In this document: positions 49,750 through 63,420 of the stretch, in pieces
Layout of the letters: each line of letters starts with the position of its first letter
Position numbering within the stretch: position 1 is the stretch's first letter
Assembly (NCBI GenBank): GCA_965223325.1
Contig: CBDCWI010000002.1
Location: 2,464,001 to 2,528,000 of the forward strand
From: Candidatus Multivoradales bacterium
GTDB taxonomy: Bacteria; Acidobacteriota; Thermoanaerobaculia; Multivoradales; Multivoraceae
Length of the DNA: 64,000 nucleotides
Direction of reading: 5' to 3'
Notes under the pieces: model-generated
Seen by the model: the letters and a program-made list of their open reading frames with translations, nothing else
Database searches by the model: none
Told to the model about the DNA's origin: nothing
Translations under genes and position numbers: made by a program

Positions 49750-51078
49750 TCAGCGCTCCAACCGAACATCGAAGGGTAGCGAAAGCACGTCGCGTGGAGA
49801 GCTGCCACGAGCCAACGGTAGCGACCGCGTGGCGCCGGGAAGCCCGGCGGTAGAAACCTCGAAGAGACGATGCGGGGAATTCCCCGCCAGGTCTTCGATG
49901 TCGACCCGAGCCACCACCACGTAACCGCCTTCCAGCCAGGGTTCGTCAGGCACCAACGACCACGACATGCCATCGGGAGACGCGGCCGGCGTTCCAGAGA
50001 CCTGCCGTCCGCCTTCGGTCGCAACGAACCCGAAGGAAAGCAACTGCTCCCGATCAAGGACCTCGTCGAAACGCACCGTCACAGGCTCGCGTGGCCCGTG
50101 CGGCGCCAGAACCTGCCAGGCCCCCGGTTCTGGAGCCTGACGATCGGCGTCATTGACCTCATAACGCTGTTCGAACGCTTCGCCCATTGCCACTCCGAAG
50201 CGCGACTCGACTGAACCATCCACTCGCAGTGAGAACGCACTACCCGATCGAAGGGCGAGTCCCAACTCTTCGTGCGGGCCGACACCGCGCTTGATCCTCC
50301 CGGGGTGGAGAAAGAGCGTCAAGCGCTTGGTCTCCGTGTCCCAAAGACCCTCCGGCACCTGAACGAAGGCGTCGGGAATCACTTCTCCGCTCTCGTCGAT
50401 GAGGAACACCCGTGAAGCGATTGCCCGAGGACTCATGGGTTGGCTGAAGTGCACGTACATGCGCAGCAGGTTCTCGGGAACCAAACCCGCAGGTGGCCAG
50501 GCAGTGACTACTGTCGGCGGGCCGGGTGAGGGCCCGCCGCCTGCTACTTCGAACGTCGTGATCAGAGCCGAGCTACCCGTATCGAAGTCGCCGAGGCCAG
50601 GCATCGTTCGCGCGAGTCGCGCGAGATCGGCACAGGCCTGGTACACCGAACCCGCTGAGAGCGGGAAGCGAGGTTCGAAAGCGAGATACCGCGCAGCGAG
50701 TCGGAAGCGACCGAGGAGAGGCGGGTGTTCCGAGGGAGCGACGCAGCCCTCGCTCAGGGCTACTTCACCCTTCCAGACCGAGAGCGCCCGCCCGAGATCA
50801 GGTTCTCCGAGCTCGACGGCATTGTCGAGACGGCTCGGAAACGGGCCGAGGAGAACCGCACCGAACGTCGCGCTCTCAGCACGATCGTCGAGACGGAGGG
50901 CGATCGGCTCCGTATGCCGGGGGGTACACCCCCCCACCAACACCAGGATGAACCCCAGAAGCGATAGCCGCCCGAAACAGCCGCCCGTCAGCCGACCCAA
51001 CCGACGGACAACGTCGAGCCCTCGCGCCAGGCGCTCAGCCGCGACGGAGCGGAAGCGCACCCAGATCGAGCGACCCAC
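49750..51078 (-). CDS. Hypothetical lipoprotein-like protein with Ig-like repeats (start uncertain)
   Basis: LVLVGGC lipobox-like; VPENLLRMYVHFSQPM, LW....RLTLFLHPGRIKRG, IEDLAGN. Confidence 0.7.
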   Translation of the reverse strand: MGRSIWVRFRSVAAERLARGLDVVRRLGRLTGGCFGRLSLLGFILVLVGGCTPRHTEPIALRLDDRAESATFGAVLLGPFPSRLDNAVELGEPDLGRALSVWKGEVALSEGCVAPSEHPPLLGRFRLAARYLAFEPRFPLSAGSVYQACADLARLARTMPGLGDFDTGSSALITTFEVAGGGPSPGPPTVVTAWPPAGLVPENLLRMYVHFSQPMSPRAIASRVFLIDESGEVIPDAFVQVPEGLWDTETKRLTLFLHPGRIKRGVGPHEELGLALRSGSAFSLRVDGSVESRFGVAMGEAFEQRYEVNDADRQAPEPGAWQVLAPHGPREPVTVRFDEVLDREQLLSFGFVATEGGRQVSGTPAASPDGMSWSLVPDEPWLEGGYVVVARVDIEDLAGNSPHRLFEVSTAGLPGATRSLPLARGSSPRDVLSLPFDVRLER

Positions 51079-52204
51079 TCGGCGTTCTCTGCAAGGTCAC
51101 CAGGTGAGTGTTCGACAGCAGATCAAGCTGCTGGATTCCGGTTCCCGAACGCTTGATGTGCTCGACACCGGCCGAGTAGGCCTCGGGGCGCTCGATGATC
51201 TCGCCGTCGAAGGCCGCGATGTCTTCGGTGTCGACGACGATCAACGGCAGGTTGCTGTTGGCAATGAACACGCGATCACCATCTGGACCCTCGACCACCA
51301 CCATGTCGAGCGGATAGTTGCCAGATCCGAATTCAGCGATTGTCCGACCCTTGAGGTGGCCCTTGGTTTCGAGGTCCTTGACCTTGAACAAGGACAGAGG
51401 GGTGCACAGGTAGGCCGCCAGAATCTGCTGCTCGCCGCCGAACTCGTAGGGCACAAACGTGCGGATCGGGGCGTGCGTCTCATAGGCGCCATGCGCTCCG
51501 TGGTAGATCTCGAGCGTGGTGGCACTCGCACCGTCCTCGAACGGCAACGGCACCCGCCACAGCGCCGACGCGAACTCTTCGTTCGACAGGCCAGCGACAA
51601 AGAGCGTGCCTTCGGTGTAGGCCATGTCGGTGATCGTGTCGGTGCGCAGACTCACATCTTTCATGAAGGAATGGCTCTTCTCAGCCGATATCGGATTGGG
51701 GAGATCGACGCGCGCGAAGCGAACGTCTTCGAGCGAGAACTCGTCGATCGAACCCTCCGCGTCTACGGTGAGCAGAATCTCGGCGTCGGCGACATGGTTG
51801 GGGAGCTTCCACATCAAGTCCCACTGTGCGCGCCCGCGCGAGACCGCCAGAAAGACCTCGTGGGTGAGCGGATGGACTGCGAGATCGTGGACCAACACGT
51901 CGGCCGCATCGATCCCCAGGCGGGCAGCGATCTTTCCTTCAATGTCGGTCACTTGCACCGGTCTGGGCTCGGCTTTCTCGCCCCTCGTCTCAACGGCGAA
52001 CACCGCCCCACCCTTGCTGTCTCCAAGGAAGAGTGTTCCGTCAGGCGCAAAGGTCAGCACGCTGATTGACTGGGGCGCCGCGGTTCCACGGCGCATCGAG
52101 TCGGAGAGCTCCGAGTCGGAGGAGCTCGCCGGGCGGAAGCCCACGAGGAGGATGGCCAGGCCGCACCCGAGGAGCGCGGCTGCCAGGGCACTGATTCGTT
52201 TCAT
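51035..52204 (-). CDS. Secreted conserved hypothetical protein (beta-propeller-like)
   Basis: AAGGAG RBS, signal peptide; FAPDGTLFLGDS, LFVAGLSNEEFAS, YHGAHGAYETHAPIRTF, YLCTPL. Confidence 0.85.
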   Translation of the reverse strand: MKRISALAAALLGCGLAILLVGFRPASSSDSELSDSMRRGTAAPQSISVLTFAPDGTLFLGDSKGGAVFAVETRGEKAEPRPVQVTDIEGKIAARLGIDAADVLVHDLAVHPLTHEVFLAVSRGRAQWDLMWKLPNHVADAEILLTVDAEGSIDEFSLEDVRFARVDLPNPISAEKSHSFMKDVSLRTDTITDMAYTEGTLFVAGLSNEEFASALWRVPLPFEDGASATTLEIYHGAHGAYETHAPIRTFVPYEFGGEQQILAAYLCTPLSLFKVKDLETKGHLKGRTIAEFGSGNYPLDMVVVEGPDGDRVFIANSNLPLIVVDTEDIAAFDGEIIERPEAYSAGVEHIKRSGTGIQQLDLLSNTHLVTLQRTPSGSLDLGALPLRRG

Positions 52205-52338
52205 GGCAATCTCCTTGTTCTTTTCGTCGGTCTTGCAGCTTCTCTCAAAGTACTTCTTCACAGTACTACGAGCGCGACAGGGACCACTCCGGGACGCTTC
52301 GAGGCGAAGTGCAGCTCGAGCGCTACGATGACGGGGCA

Positions 52339-52767
52339 ATGCGAATCAACGGCAGATGCCATTGCGGCAACATCTCTTTCTCTCTCTTGCGAGATTCTCC
52401 CGCGCCGGAGGTGCCGGCTCGGGCTTGCGGCTGCTCGTTCTGTCAGAAGCATGGCGGAGTCTGGACTTCGCTGCCAGACGCTCGACTCGAGGTCTCGATT
52501 GCCGAGCGCGCAGACGTTATGGACTACGCTTTCGGCTCCAGGACGGCGGCCTTCCTTGTCTGCCGACGCTGTGGTGTCGTCCCGGTCGTCACCAGTGAGA
52601 TCGACGGGCAAACCTACGCGGTGGTCAACGTGAACTGCTTCGAGGGTGTCGACCCCGCGGTGCTCGCGCGGTCGGCGACCTCGTTCGACGGCGAAGAAAC
52701 GGCCGACAGACTCGCCCGCCGCCAGGCCAATTGGATCGGTAACGTCGTTGTGTCGGCCTCCTCTTGA
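52339..52767 (+). CDS. GFA/CENP-V family Zn-binding protein
   Basis: GRCHCGN, ACGCSFCQKHG, VCRRCGV, AVVNV. Confidence 0.88.
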   Translation: MRINGRCHCGNISFSLLRDSPAPEVPARACGCSFCQKHGGVWTSLPDARLEVSIAERADVMDYAFGSRTAAFLVCRRCGVVPVVTSEIDGQTYAVVNVNCFEGVDPAVLARSATSFDGEETADRLARRQANWIGNVVVSASS

Positions 52768-53336
52768 CCAGCTCCGATCCGCCGATCTTTCTGCTCTCTC
52801 CCGCCAATCTCAACGGGGTCCGTGGGACACGCCTCTTGGAGGAGAAGGCCTGTTCGGAGCTGGCCGCTCGCCTGCGGTCAGTTGACGGCGCGACGATTGG
52901 TGAGATCTACACTCACATCAGCACGCTCTACTTCCGCGGCAAGCTCGCCTATGGGCTCCACTTCGGTGGCGAGGCTGCGACCCGGGTGGTCGTACCAGGC
53001 TACGGTCTCGAGTTGCCGTCGTGGCAAGTCGACCTCAGCCGCGCGCGGGAGATCTGCGCCTGTCCTGTCGACCCACAGAACGCGGGCTATCGCGAGCCTT
53101 TCGCACGCGATGTCGAGGCTCTCGCCGCGTCGAGCGACGGTCCTGTCGTTTTCCTGGGCAGTCTGGCGACTCGCAAGTATCTCGACGTTCTGGTTCCCAT
53201 CCTTGGAAAGCGACTCCACCACCCGGTCGACTTTCTCGGCTGCGGCGAGATGCGCCGCGGCTCACTGCTGCTCCGGGCTGTCGACGCGGATGCGGAGCTC
53301 GAGATGACCGTGTGGCGAGAGCCGTCCCGCTGTTGA
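52764..53336 (+). CDS. Conserved hypothetical protein
   Basis: 4-nt overlap with the GFA gene; IFLLSPAN, SxLYFRGKLAY, FLGSLATRKY, G.M.RG.LLLR. Confidence 0.7.
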   Translation: MTSSDPPIFLLSPANLNGVRGTRLLEEKACSELAARLRSVDGATIGEIYTHISTLYFRGKLAYGLHFGGEAATRVVVPGYGLELPSWQVDLSRAREICACPVDPQNAGYREPFARDVEALAASSDGPVVFLGSLATRKYLDVLVPILGKRLHHPVDFLGCGEMRRGSLLLRAVDADAELEMTVWREPSRC

Positions 53337-53367
53337 CTGCCGTCGGGCTTCCTGGCGGCGCAGCGTC

Positions 53368-54660
53368 TCAGCTCCCGAGAGCTGTCGGCACCTTCTTCTT
53401 GCGCCTCATGAGATCAGGCGCTTCCTTGAAGCAGACCCACAGAATGCGCAGCGACTCGAGGAAGGCACGCAAGCCCGTCTTCTCGATCTCGGCCGGTTGG
53501 TCGGCGATCTCGGGGTAGCCCTTCTCGTCTGGCTGCGCCTTCTCCCAACCGCGGAACAGCCGGCCCCAGTCACTCTCGAGGACCTTCTTCATCTGCTTCT
53601 TGGCTTTGAAGGGGTACCAGAAGGTGTCGTGGTACAGGACGCTGGCGATGTACGCCCAGGGCGCGAGTACGGTCTTGAGTGACCACTCGATCGGCTTCTT
53701 GAGCGGGCCCCAGTAGATCTTGTGCTGCATGCGTGAGGCGAAGGTCATTTCCTTGAACGGGCCAACGAACGGCCAGCGTTCAGCGGCGGCCTCCTCGTCG
53801 CCAACGATCTCGACGTTCCTGAGGTCGCCGCAGCCCAGGCCACGCTCGTGGGCGAGGCGAATGAACTCGAGCTCCATGGGATCGAAACCCATCAGGCGTG
53901 CTGCCACCGCATCGATGGCGGTCTGGTCGGAACTCGCCAGGATGATGTCCTTGGTATGCGGGATCATGCAGCGCGGACCAGGACCGTCGCCGGCGAACGT
54001 GCCGTCCATGACCGCGAAGACACCGGGGTGGATCTTCTTCTGGATCATCAAGAGGTCGACGAGCGTTTCGTGAATGACCGGGTGGGTCCAGTGACGGTGC
54101 TCGTTCAAGAGCCCGCCGAAGGCGTTCTTCATCGCCCCAGTGGTCGTCGTGAAGACATGAGTCTTCACGGTCGGCATGTGGATGATGTTCTCGCCAATGA
54201 AGCGCCGAGGAATGTGAAAGCCCTTGGGGTACACCTCGTTGAGGCACAGAAAGTCCTTGGCCAGGTCACCCACAGCCTCGCGCACATCGATCCAGTCTTC
54301 GCCCTCGTAGAGGTGCACGTTGCGCAGGCCGTGGTCTTCGAGCACGTTGATGTGTTTGTTCTCGCGCTCACCAAGCCGTGCGTCAATGACGACGGTGCGG
54401 TTATGGCAGCCGTGGATCAGATCGGGGTCGTAGCCATCCTTCTTCATCGCTCGAATCACTCCTTCGAGCTGCCAGGGCGTCGTCGAGCTGCCGGGGTAGA
54501 AGAAGTGCCAGGAGATATTGATCTTGAGCGCCGTATCGACATCTTTGGCCAGAGTCTCCTGATAACCGGCAAGGTTCAAGAGGCGGTGATAGTCCTCGAG
54601 AACGGTGGCTGGCGTGGTACGGAGAACCGCGACGCGGCTGTGGGAGGGACGGTCGGTCAT
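53368..54660 (-). CDS. DUF362 domain protein
   Basis: LKINISW, IHMPTVKTH, TGAMKNAFGG, MDGTFAGDGPGP, AIDAVAARLMGFDP. Confidence 0.85.
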   Translation of the reverse strand: MTDRPSHSRVAVLRTTPATVLEDYHRLLNLAGYQETLAKDVDTALKINISWHFFYPGSSTTPWQLEGVIRAMKKDGYDPDLIHGCHNRTVVIDARLGERENKHINVLEDHGLRNVHLYEGEDWIDVREAVGDLAKDFLCLNEVYPKGFHIPRRFIGENIIHMPTVKTHVFTTTTGAMKNAFGGLLNEHRHWTHPVIHETLVDLLMIQKKIHPGVFAVMDGTFAGDGPGPRCMIPHTKDIILASSDQTAIDAVAARLMGFDPMELEFIRLAHERGLGCGDLRNVEIVGDEEAAAERWPFVGPFKEMTFASRMQHKIYWGPLKKPIEWSLKTVLAPWAYIASVLYHDTFWYPFKAKKQMKKVLESDWGRLFRGWEKAQPDEKGYPEIADQPAEIEKTGLRAFLESLRILWVCFKEAPDLMRRKKKVPTALGS

Positions 54661-54747
54661 AGAGAGTTCCTGTTTGAGAGCGCCGCGCTTGATGCGAGCA
54701 GCGGTGCGGGCGAAGGCTATCCGAAGCCAGGAGGCCCCGTCGTGCCA

Positions 54748-55542
54748 TCAGCTGTCAAGGTAGCGAATCTCCGGCGGCTCGCCGCTTTCGCCTGTGGCTG
54801 TGGTCAACAGACGAAGGACACCGTCACGTTCGCGCTCGCCGAGTACGTAGCGCAGCTGCTCGGCGAGGTAGCGTTTCGTGCGGTTGATGCGCACGCCACG
54901 CCCGGCCCCGGTCTCTCGACACAGGGTGTCGATCGATGCGAGACCGTAGCGCAAGCTGCTCTTGAAGTAGAACGCAAGATCCGGAAGCGCGACGCCCTCA
55001 CGAACTGCCCACAGGGAGAGCACCAGGGGCAAGGCGGTCAACCGCTGCCATTCCGCTGTCAGATCGAGAGTGGTCGGAGCTTCCCAGGGCTGGGTCAGGG
55101 CCTCCTCGCCTTCCATGAGGTAGCCGTCGAAACCTTCGGGAATCGAGCCGCCGGCTGCCCGAGTGACTTCAATCGTCGGGCACCGATCGTGGAGCTCACG
55201 CAGGATGGCCTCGAGCACCACAGGGAAGAAGCCTTCCGACTTGCCGACCCCGATGCGCGCAATGTCTTCGAGCTCGGCGGTGCGCAGTTGCAAAAGCGCT
55301 GCGTGCGACGGACCATCGACGCAAACGCAGAGATCGGGCACGACGCTCACATTGCTCGCCGTCGCCAGATCGAGGGGTGAAACCAGTCCCCCGTCGAGGT
55401 CACCGTTCGACAACATCGGCGCGATGCGTTCACCGGGAAGCAGCATGGGCTCGAAGAGATCGTTGTGATGCCCCTTGAGAAAACCCCACGCCAGAGGGCG
55501 GGCGTCGAGACGGTCGGCAATGCCGAGGCGGAAACTCGCCAA
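54748..55542 (-). CDS. mqnA: MqnA/MqnD-family protein, probable chorismate dehydratase (futalosine pathway)
   Basis: LDARPLAWG, GDLDGGLVS, VVPDLCV..DG, G.EAL, DLTAEWQRLTALPLVLSLWA. Confidence 0.7.
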   Translation of the reverse strand: MASFRLGIADRLDARPLAWGFLKGHHNDLFEPMLLPGERIAPMLSNGDLDGGLVSPLDLATASNVSVVPDLCVCVDGPSHAALLQLRTAELEDIARIGVGKSEGFFPVVLEAILRELHDRCPTIEVTRAAGGSIPEGFDGYLMEGEEALTQPWEAPTTLDLTAEWQRLTALPLVLSLWAVREGVALPDLAFYFKSSLRYGLASIDTLCRETGAGRGVRINRTKRYLAEQLRYVLGERERDGVLRLLTTATGESGEPPEIRYLDS

Positions 55543-55591
55543 GACTCTTCTTCCTCGCAGTCGCCAGTGAGAAACCTACGCTTCCCGCCTG

Positions 55592-56899
<1,308 letters not shown>

Positions 56900-57482
56900 T
56901 GCGGCTCCTACGGGGGGTGGGGGGCGCTTCGCCGATTTCACGGTCGAGCCATCGCCAGAGCTCTGGCAGCCCTTCGCCGGTCTTCGATGAAACGGGAATG
57001 AGAGGAGTGTCGGAAGGGAGTTGGAGGAACTCCCTGAAGGATCGGAGTTTGCGGGACCGCTTGCTCCGTGGGACGCGATCGATCTTGGTTGGGGTGACGC
57101 AGAGGCGCGCCCCAAGATCAAGGAAGTACTCGACAGCCTGCACGTCGAGAGGAGACCCGTCGATCTTAGCATCGATCAGCAGGATCGTCGGCATTCCCGG
57201 CCCGTAGCGCTCAAAGAAGGCTCCGATCACCCGGTCCCACTTCTCGCGCTCGGCATGACTCACCCGGGCATAGCCATAACCCGGCAGGTCGACCACCCAC
57301 ACCTTCTCGTCGATCAGAAAGTAGTTCACCGCCCGCGTCCGGCCCGGAGTCCCGCTCGTGCGAGCCAGCCCCTTCTTCTTCAGCATCTTGTTGATAAGAC
57401 TCGACTTACCAACATTCGATCGGCCCGCAAACGCGACCTTGGGCCGATCATCCCGCACCAGGTCCCCCGGCATGACGGCACT

Positions 57483-58251
57483 GCGCACGAACTCGACATG
57501 CTTGAACCTCATGGAACCCGCCCCACCCGTCGAGTTCGTGCTGCGAGCCCCGAAGGGGCGGGAAAAACAGCGCCCGGGAGCATCCGAAACAATCGCCCAG
57601 CGATCGGATGCGGAGGGCGCACGAACTCGACATGCTTGAACCTCATAGAACCCGCCCCACCCGTCGAGTTCGTGCTGCGAGCCCCGAAGGGGCGGGAAAA
57701 ACAGCGCCCGGGAGCATCCGAAACAATCGCCCAGCGATCGGATGCGGAGGGCGCACGAACTCGACATGCTTGAACCTCATAGAACCCGCCCCACCCGTCG
57801 AGTTCGTGCTGCGAGCCCCGAAGGGGCGGGAAAAACAGCGCCCGGGAGCATCCGAAACAATCGCCCAGCGATCGGATGCGGAGGGCGCACGAACTCGACG
57901 TTCTTGAACTTCATGGCCTTAGCCCACCGATTCCCGTCGAGTTCGTGCTGCGAGCCCCGAAGGGGCGGGAAAAACGGCGCCCGGGAACATCAAAAAAAAA
58001 TCGCCCCGCGATTGGATGTGGAGGGCGCACGAACTCGACGTTCTTGAACTTCATGGCCTTAGCCCACCGATTCCCGTCGAGTTCGTGCTGCGAGCCCCGA
58101 AGGGGCGGGAAAAACGGCGCCCGGGAACATCAAAAAAAAATCGCCCCGCGATTGGATGTGGAGGGCGCACGAACTCGACGTTCTTGAACTTCATGGCCTT
58201 AGCCCACCGATTCCCGTCGAGTTCGTGCTGCGAGCCCCGAAGGGGCGGGAA
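57483..58251. repeat. Tandem array of 134-bp (x3) and 140-bp (x2 plus partial) units, each containing the first 10 codons of yihA and a 13-bp inverted repeat
   Basis: Units start at 57483, 57617, 57751, 57885, 58025 and 58165; GCACGAACTCGAC / GTCGAGTTCGTGC; GCCCC-GAA-GGGGC hairpin in every unit. Confidence 0.97.
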
Positions 58252-58286
58252 GGTACTGCACTGCCGGCTGACGGGCAGGGCCCCGA

Positions 58287-60692
<2,406 letters not shown>

Positions 60693-60950
60693 GGGCAGAC
60701 GGGCTTCCTTTCAGGAAAACGATACCAGGCAGGAGATTGGGGGTGTGGGGGGAGGGGAGAGTGGCGCCGGCAGCTGGACGGCCGACTGCTCGAACCAGGC
60801 TGAGAGGGGCCGTACCTCAGGAGGGGTACTGTCGGAAGGAACTGGAAGCTGCAGTTGTGGAGTTGTCGTGAGAGTGCGCCTTGTGGTGTTCAAAAGACAT
60901 CGCGCGGACCCGTGAGAGAAAACACGTTTCCCTCGCCAGGAGATTCCGCT

Positions 60951-62189
60951 CTAGCCTGCCTTCTTGTACACCTCGATGGGCTTGCTCCGGCTGAGCACGA
61001 CCTCCTCGTTGATGACGCATTCCTCGATGTCAGCCTGCGACGGAATGTTGTACATGAGGTCGAGCATCAACTCTTCGAGGATGATGCGCAGGCCGCGCGC
61101 ACCGACCTTTCGCTTGACGGCCTGGCGAGCAACCGCCTTGAGCGCATCTTCGGTGAACTTGAGCTTGACGTCCTCGAACTCGAACATCGCTTCGTACTGA
61201 CGCACAAGGCTGTTCTTGGGCTCGGTGAGGATGCGCACCAGGGCGTCCTCGTCGAGCTGCTCGAGAGTCGCGACCACCGGCAGGCGACCGACGAACTCGG
61301 GGATCAAGCCGTAGCGAATGAGATCTTCCGGCAGAGTGTGGCGCAGCAGCTCTCCCTGCATGCGATCCTCTTTGCCCTTGATGTCGGCACCGAAGCCCAT
61401 CACCTTCTTGTTCAAGCGATGCTCGATCTGCTCTTCGAGACCAACGAAGGCACCGCCGCAAATGAAGAGAATGTTGGTGGTGTCGATCTGCAGGAACTCC
61501 TGGTGTGGGTGCTTGCGGCCGCCCTGTGGCGGCACGTTGCACTGGGTGCCCTCGAGAATCTTGAGCAGCGCCTGTTGAACACCTTCGCCTGAGACGTCGC
61601 GCGTGATCGAAGGGTTGTCGCTCTTGCGGCAGATCTTGTCGACCTCGTCGATGTAGACAATGCCGCGCTGGGTCTTGTCCTTGTCGTTTCCGGAGGCCTG
61701 GTAGAGCTTGAGAATGATGTTCTCGACATCTTCGCCGACGTAGCCCGCCTCGGTCAGGGTGGTGGCATCCGCAATGGTGAACGGCACCTGCAGAAGGCGG
61801 GCGAGGGTTTGCGCGAGGAGGGTCTTGCCGGTCCCGGTCGGGCCGACCAGCATGATGTTCGACTTCTGCAGCTCGACCTCGCTGCGGGACGACTCCGAGA
61901 AATCGATGCGCTTGTAGTGGTTGTAGACCGCCACCGCGAGCTTCTTCTTGGCCTGCTCCTGCCCAATGACGTAGTCGTCGAGGAGTCGCTTGATCTCCTT
62001 CGGCTTCGGCAGGCTCGTGTCTTGCTGCTGCTCGAGCATGCGGTCTTCCGCGATGATGTCGAGGCAGATATCGACACACTCGTCACAGATGAAGACCGTC
62101 GGACCAGCGATGAGCTTCTTGACCTCTCGCTGGCTCTTGTTACAGAAGGAGCACCTCAGGGCTTCGTCGCCGGATTCCTTCTTGGGCAT
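60951..62189 (-). CDS. clpX: ATP-dependent Clp protease ATPase ClpX
   Basis: CSFCNK Zn finger, [24 protein letters not shown]. Confidence 0.99.
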   Translation of the reverse strand: MPKKESGDEALRCSFCNKSQREVKKLIAGPTVFICDECVDICLDIIAEDRMLEQQQDTSLPKPKEIKRLLDDYVIGQEQAKKKLAVAVYNHYKRIDFSESSRSEVELQKSNIMLVGPTGTGKTLLAQTLARLLQVPFTIADATTLTEAGYVGEDVENIILKLYQASGNDKDKTQRGIVYIDEVDKICRKSDNPSITRDVSGEGVQQALLKILEGTQCNVPPQGGRKHPHQEFLQIDTTNILFICGGAFVGLEEQIEHRLNKKVMGFGADIKGKEDRMQGELLRHTLPEDLIRYGLIPEFVGRLPVVATLEQLDEDALVRILTEPKNSLVRQYEAMFEFEDVKLKFTEDALKAVARQAVKRKVGARGLRIILEELMLDLMYNIPSQADIEECVINEEVVLSRSKPIEVYKKAG

Positions 62190-62302
62190 TGATTTCTCCC
62201 GCTAGCTGCGCCCAGAAGGGACGCAAGAAACCTGGCCTACCCCGAAGGCGAGTCAGGTTGTCGGCAGGTACCCCGAGATCACGGGTTCCCATACCGAAAG
62301 TG

Positions 62303-62331
62303 ATGTTAGGCAGGGCCTACCAGAGTGTCAA
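62303..62331 (-). promoter_or_regulatory. Putative sigma70 promoter for clpX-lon
   Basis: TTGACA-17 bp-TAACAT within the clpP-clpX intergenic region. Confidence 0.7.
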
Positions 62332-62620
62332 TCGGCATGACCGGAACTTGAGGACTACTGCAAAAACTGGCTTTCTGCCAACTCAGCAGCTGCCAACAAT
62401 CGATGCGATCTATGTCAACCGCCCCGACAAATATCGACAACCTCGAGGAAGAACCGGCGAATTCCAGGCTGCTAGAGCCGCTGCTCCCGTCACCGCCCTG
62501 GACTTCATCCACAACTAGAGCAAGAACCTTGCCCGATTCTTGTAATTCTAGCCCAGTTTTGGCCGCAGCGCGGCCTCTTCGCGAGCCCTCGCCCCCGCTG
62601 GTCCCCTTCTGGGAGCCGTC

Positions 62621-63244
62621 CTAGTCCGAGGCCGGCGTGCCGGAACTTCCCTGGGTGGGCCGCGCAGACCGGGTCATGACCTTGTCGACCAGGCCGTAGG
62701 CCACCGCCTCCTCGGCTTCGAGAATCTTGTCGCGCTCGGAGTCACGGTGGATCTCTTCTTTCGACTTACCGGTGTGAAAGGCGAGAACTTCGTCGATCTG
62801 GTCGCGTGTTCGGAGGAGGTCTTGTGCATGGATTTCGATGTCGCTTTGCTGGCCACCCATCGACTGGACGAGCGGCTGATGAATCAGAACGCGACTGTTG
62901 GGCAGCACGTGACGCTTGCCGGGCGCGCCACCGGCCAGGAGAACGGCGCCAAAAGACGCCGCCTGCCCCACGCACACCGTCATCACGTCGGGCTTGACGT
63001 GCTGCATGGCGTCGTAGATGGCAAACCCAGCGGTCACCGAACCGCCGGGCGAGTTGATGTAGAGCGCGATGTCCTTCTCCGGGTTCTCGACCTCGAGAAA
63101 GAGCATCTGCGCAACGATCAGATTGGCAACGTAGTCGTTGATCGGCTGACCGAGGAAGATGATGTTGTCTTTGAGCAAGCGCGACCAGATGTCGTAGGAC
63201 CGCTCACCGCGGTTGGTCTGCTCGATGACGAAGGGAACGTGCAT
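62621..63244 (-). CDS. clpP: Clp protease proteolytic subunit
   Basis: [33 protein letters not shown]. Confidence 0.98.
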   Translation of the reverse strand: MHVPFVIEQTNRGERSYDIWSRLLKDNIIFLGQPINDYVANLIVAQMLFLEVENPEKDIALYINSPGGSVTAGFAIYDAMQHVKPDVMTVCVGQAASFGAVLLAGGAPGKRHVLPNSRVLIHQPLVQSMGGQQSDIEIHAQDLLRTRDQIDEVLAFHTGKSKEEIHRDSERDKILEAEEAVAYGLVDKVMTRSARPTQGSSGTPASD

Positions 63245-63420
63245 GGTCGGTATCCTCGGACGGCTTTAGGAAGGTTGGTAGGCGCGCTTCGGAATGCACA
63301 GGTCCAGGGCAGGGCGGCGCGCTTCCAGCGGGTCTGGCGGGCCCGAGGACCGGGCCTGCGTGGGAGCGCAACACTAACATTTGCGCCTGGCATCTGCCGG
63401 AGCCCCGGCACGATCCTCGG

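Noticed and set aside
57513-57767. N-terminal extension of YihA in the 305-aa ORF call
   Set aside because: It is read-through of repeat sequence; family similarity starts at ATG 57512.
57483-58251. CRISPR array
   Set aside because: The constant part is about 103 bp, the 31/36-bp intervening segments are repeated copies of the yihA start rather than unique spacers, and no cas genes are present.
60739-60757. G-rich tract upstream of lon as a G-quadruplex
   Set aside because: Only three clear G-runs in a high-GC genome; no supporting evidence.
62306-62512. 68-aa ORF between clpP and clpX
   Set aside because: Atypical composition and it overlaps a good sigma70 promoter; more likely non-coding.
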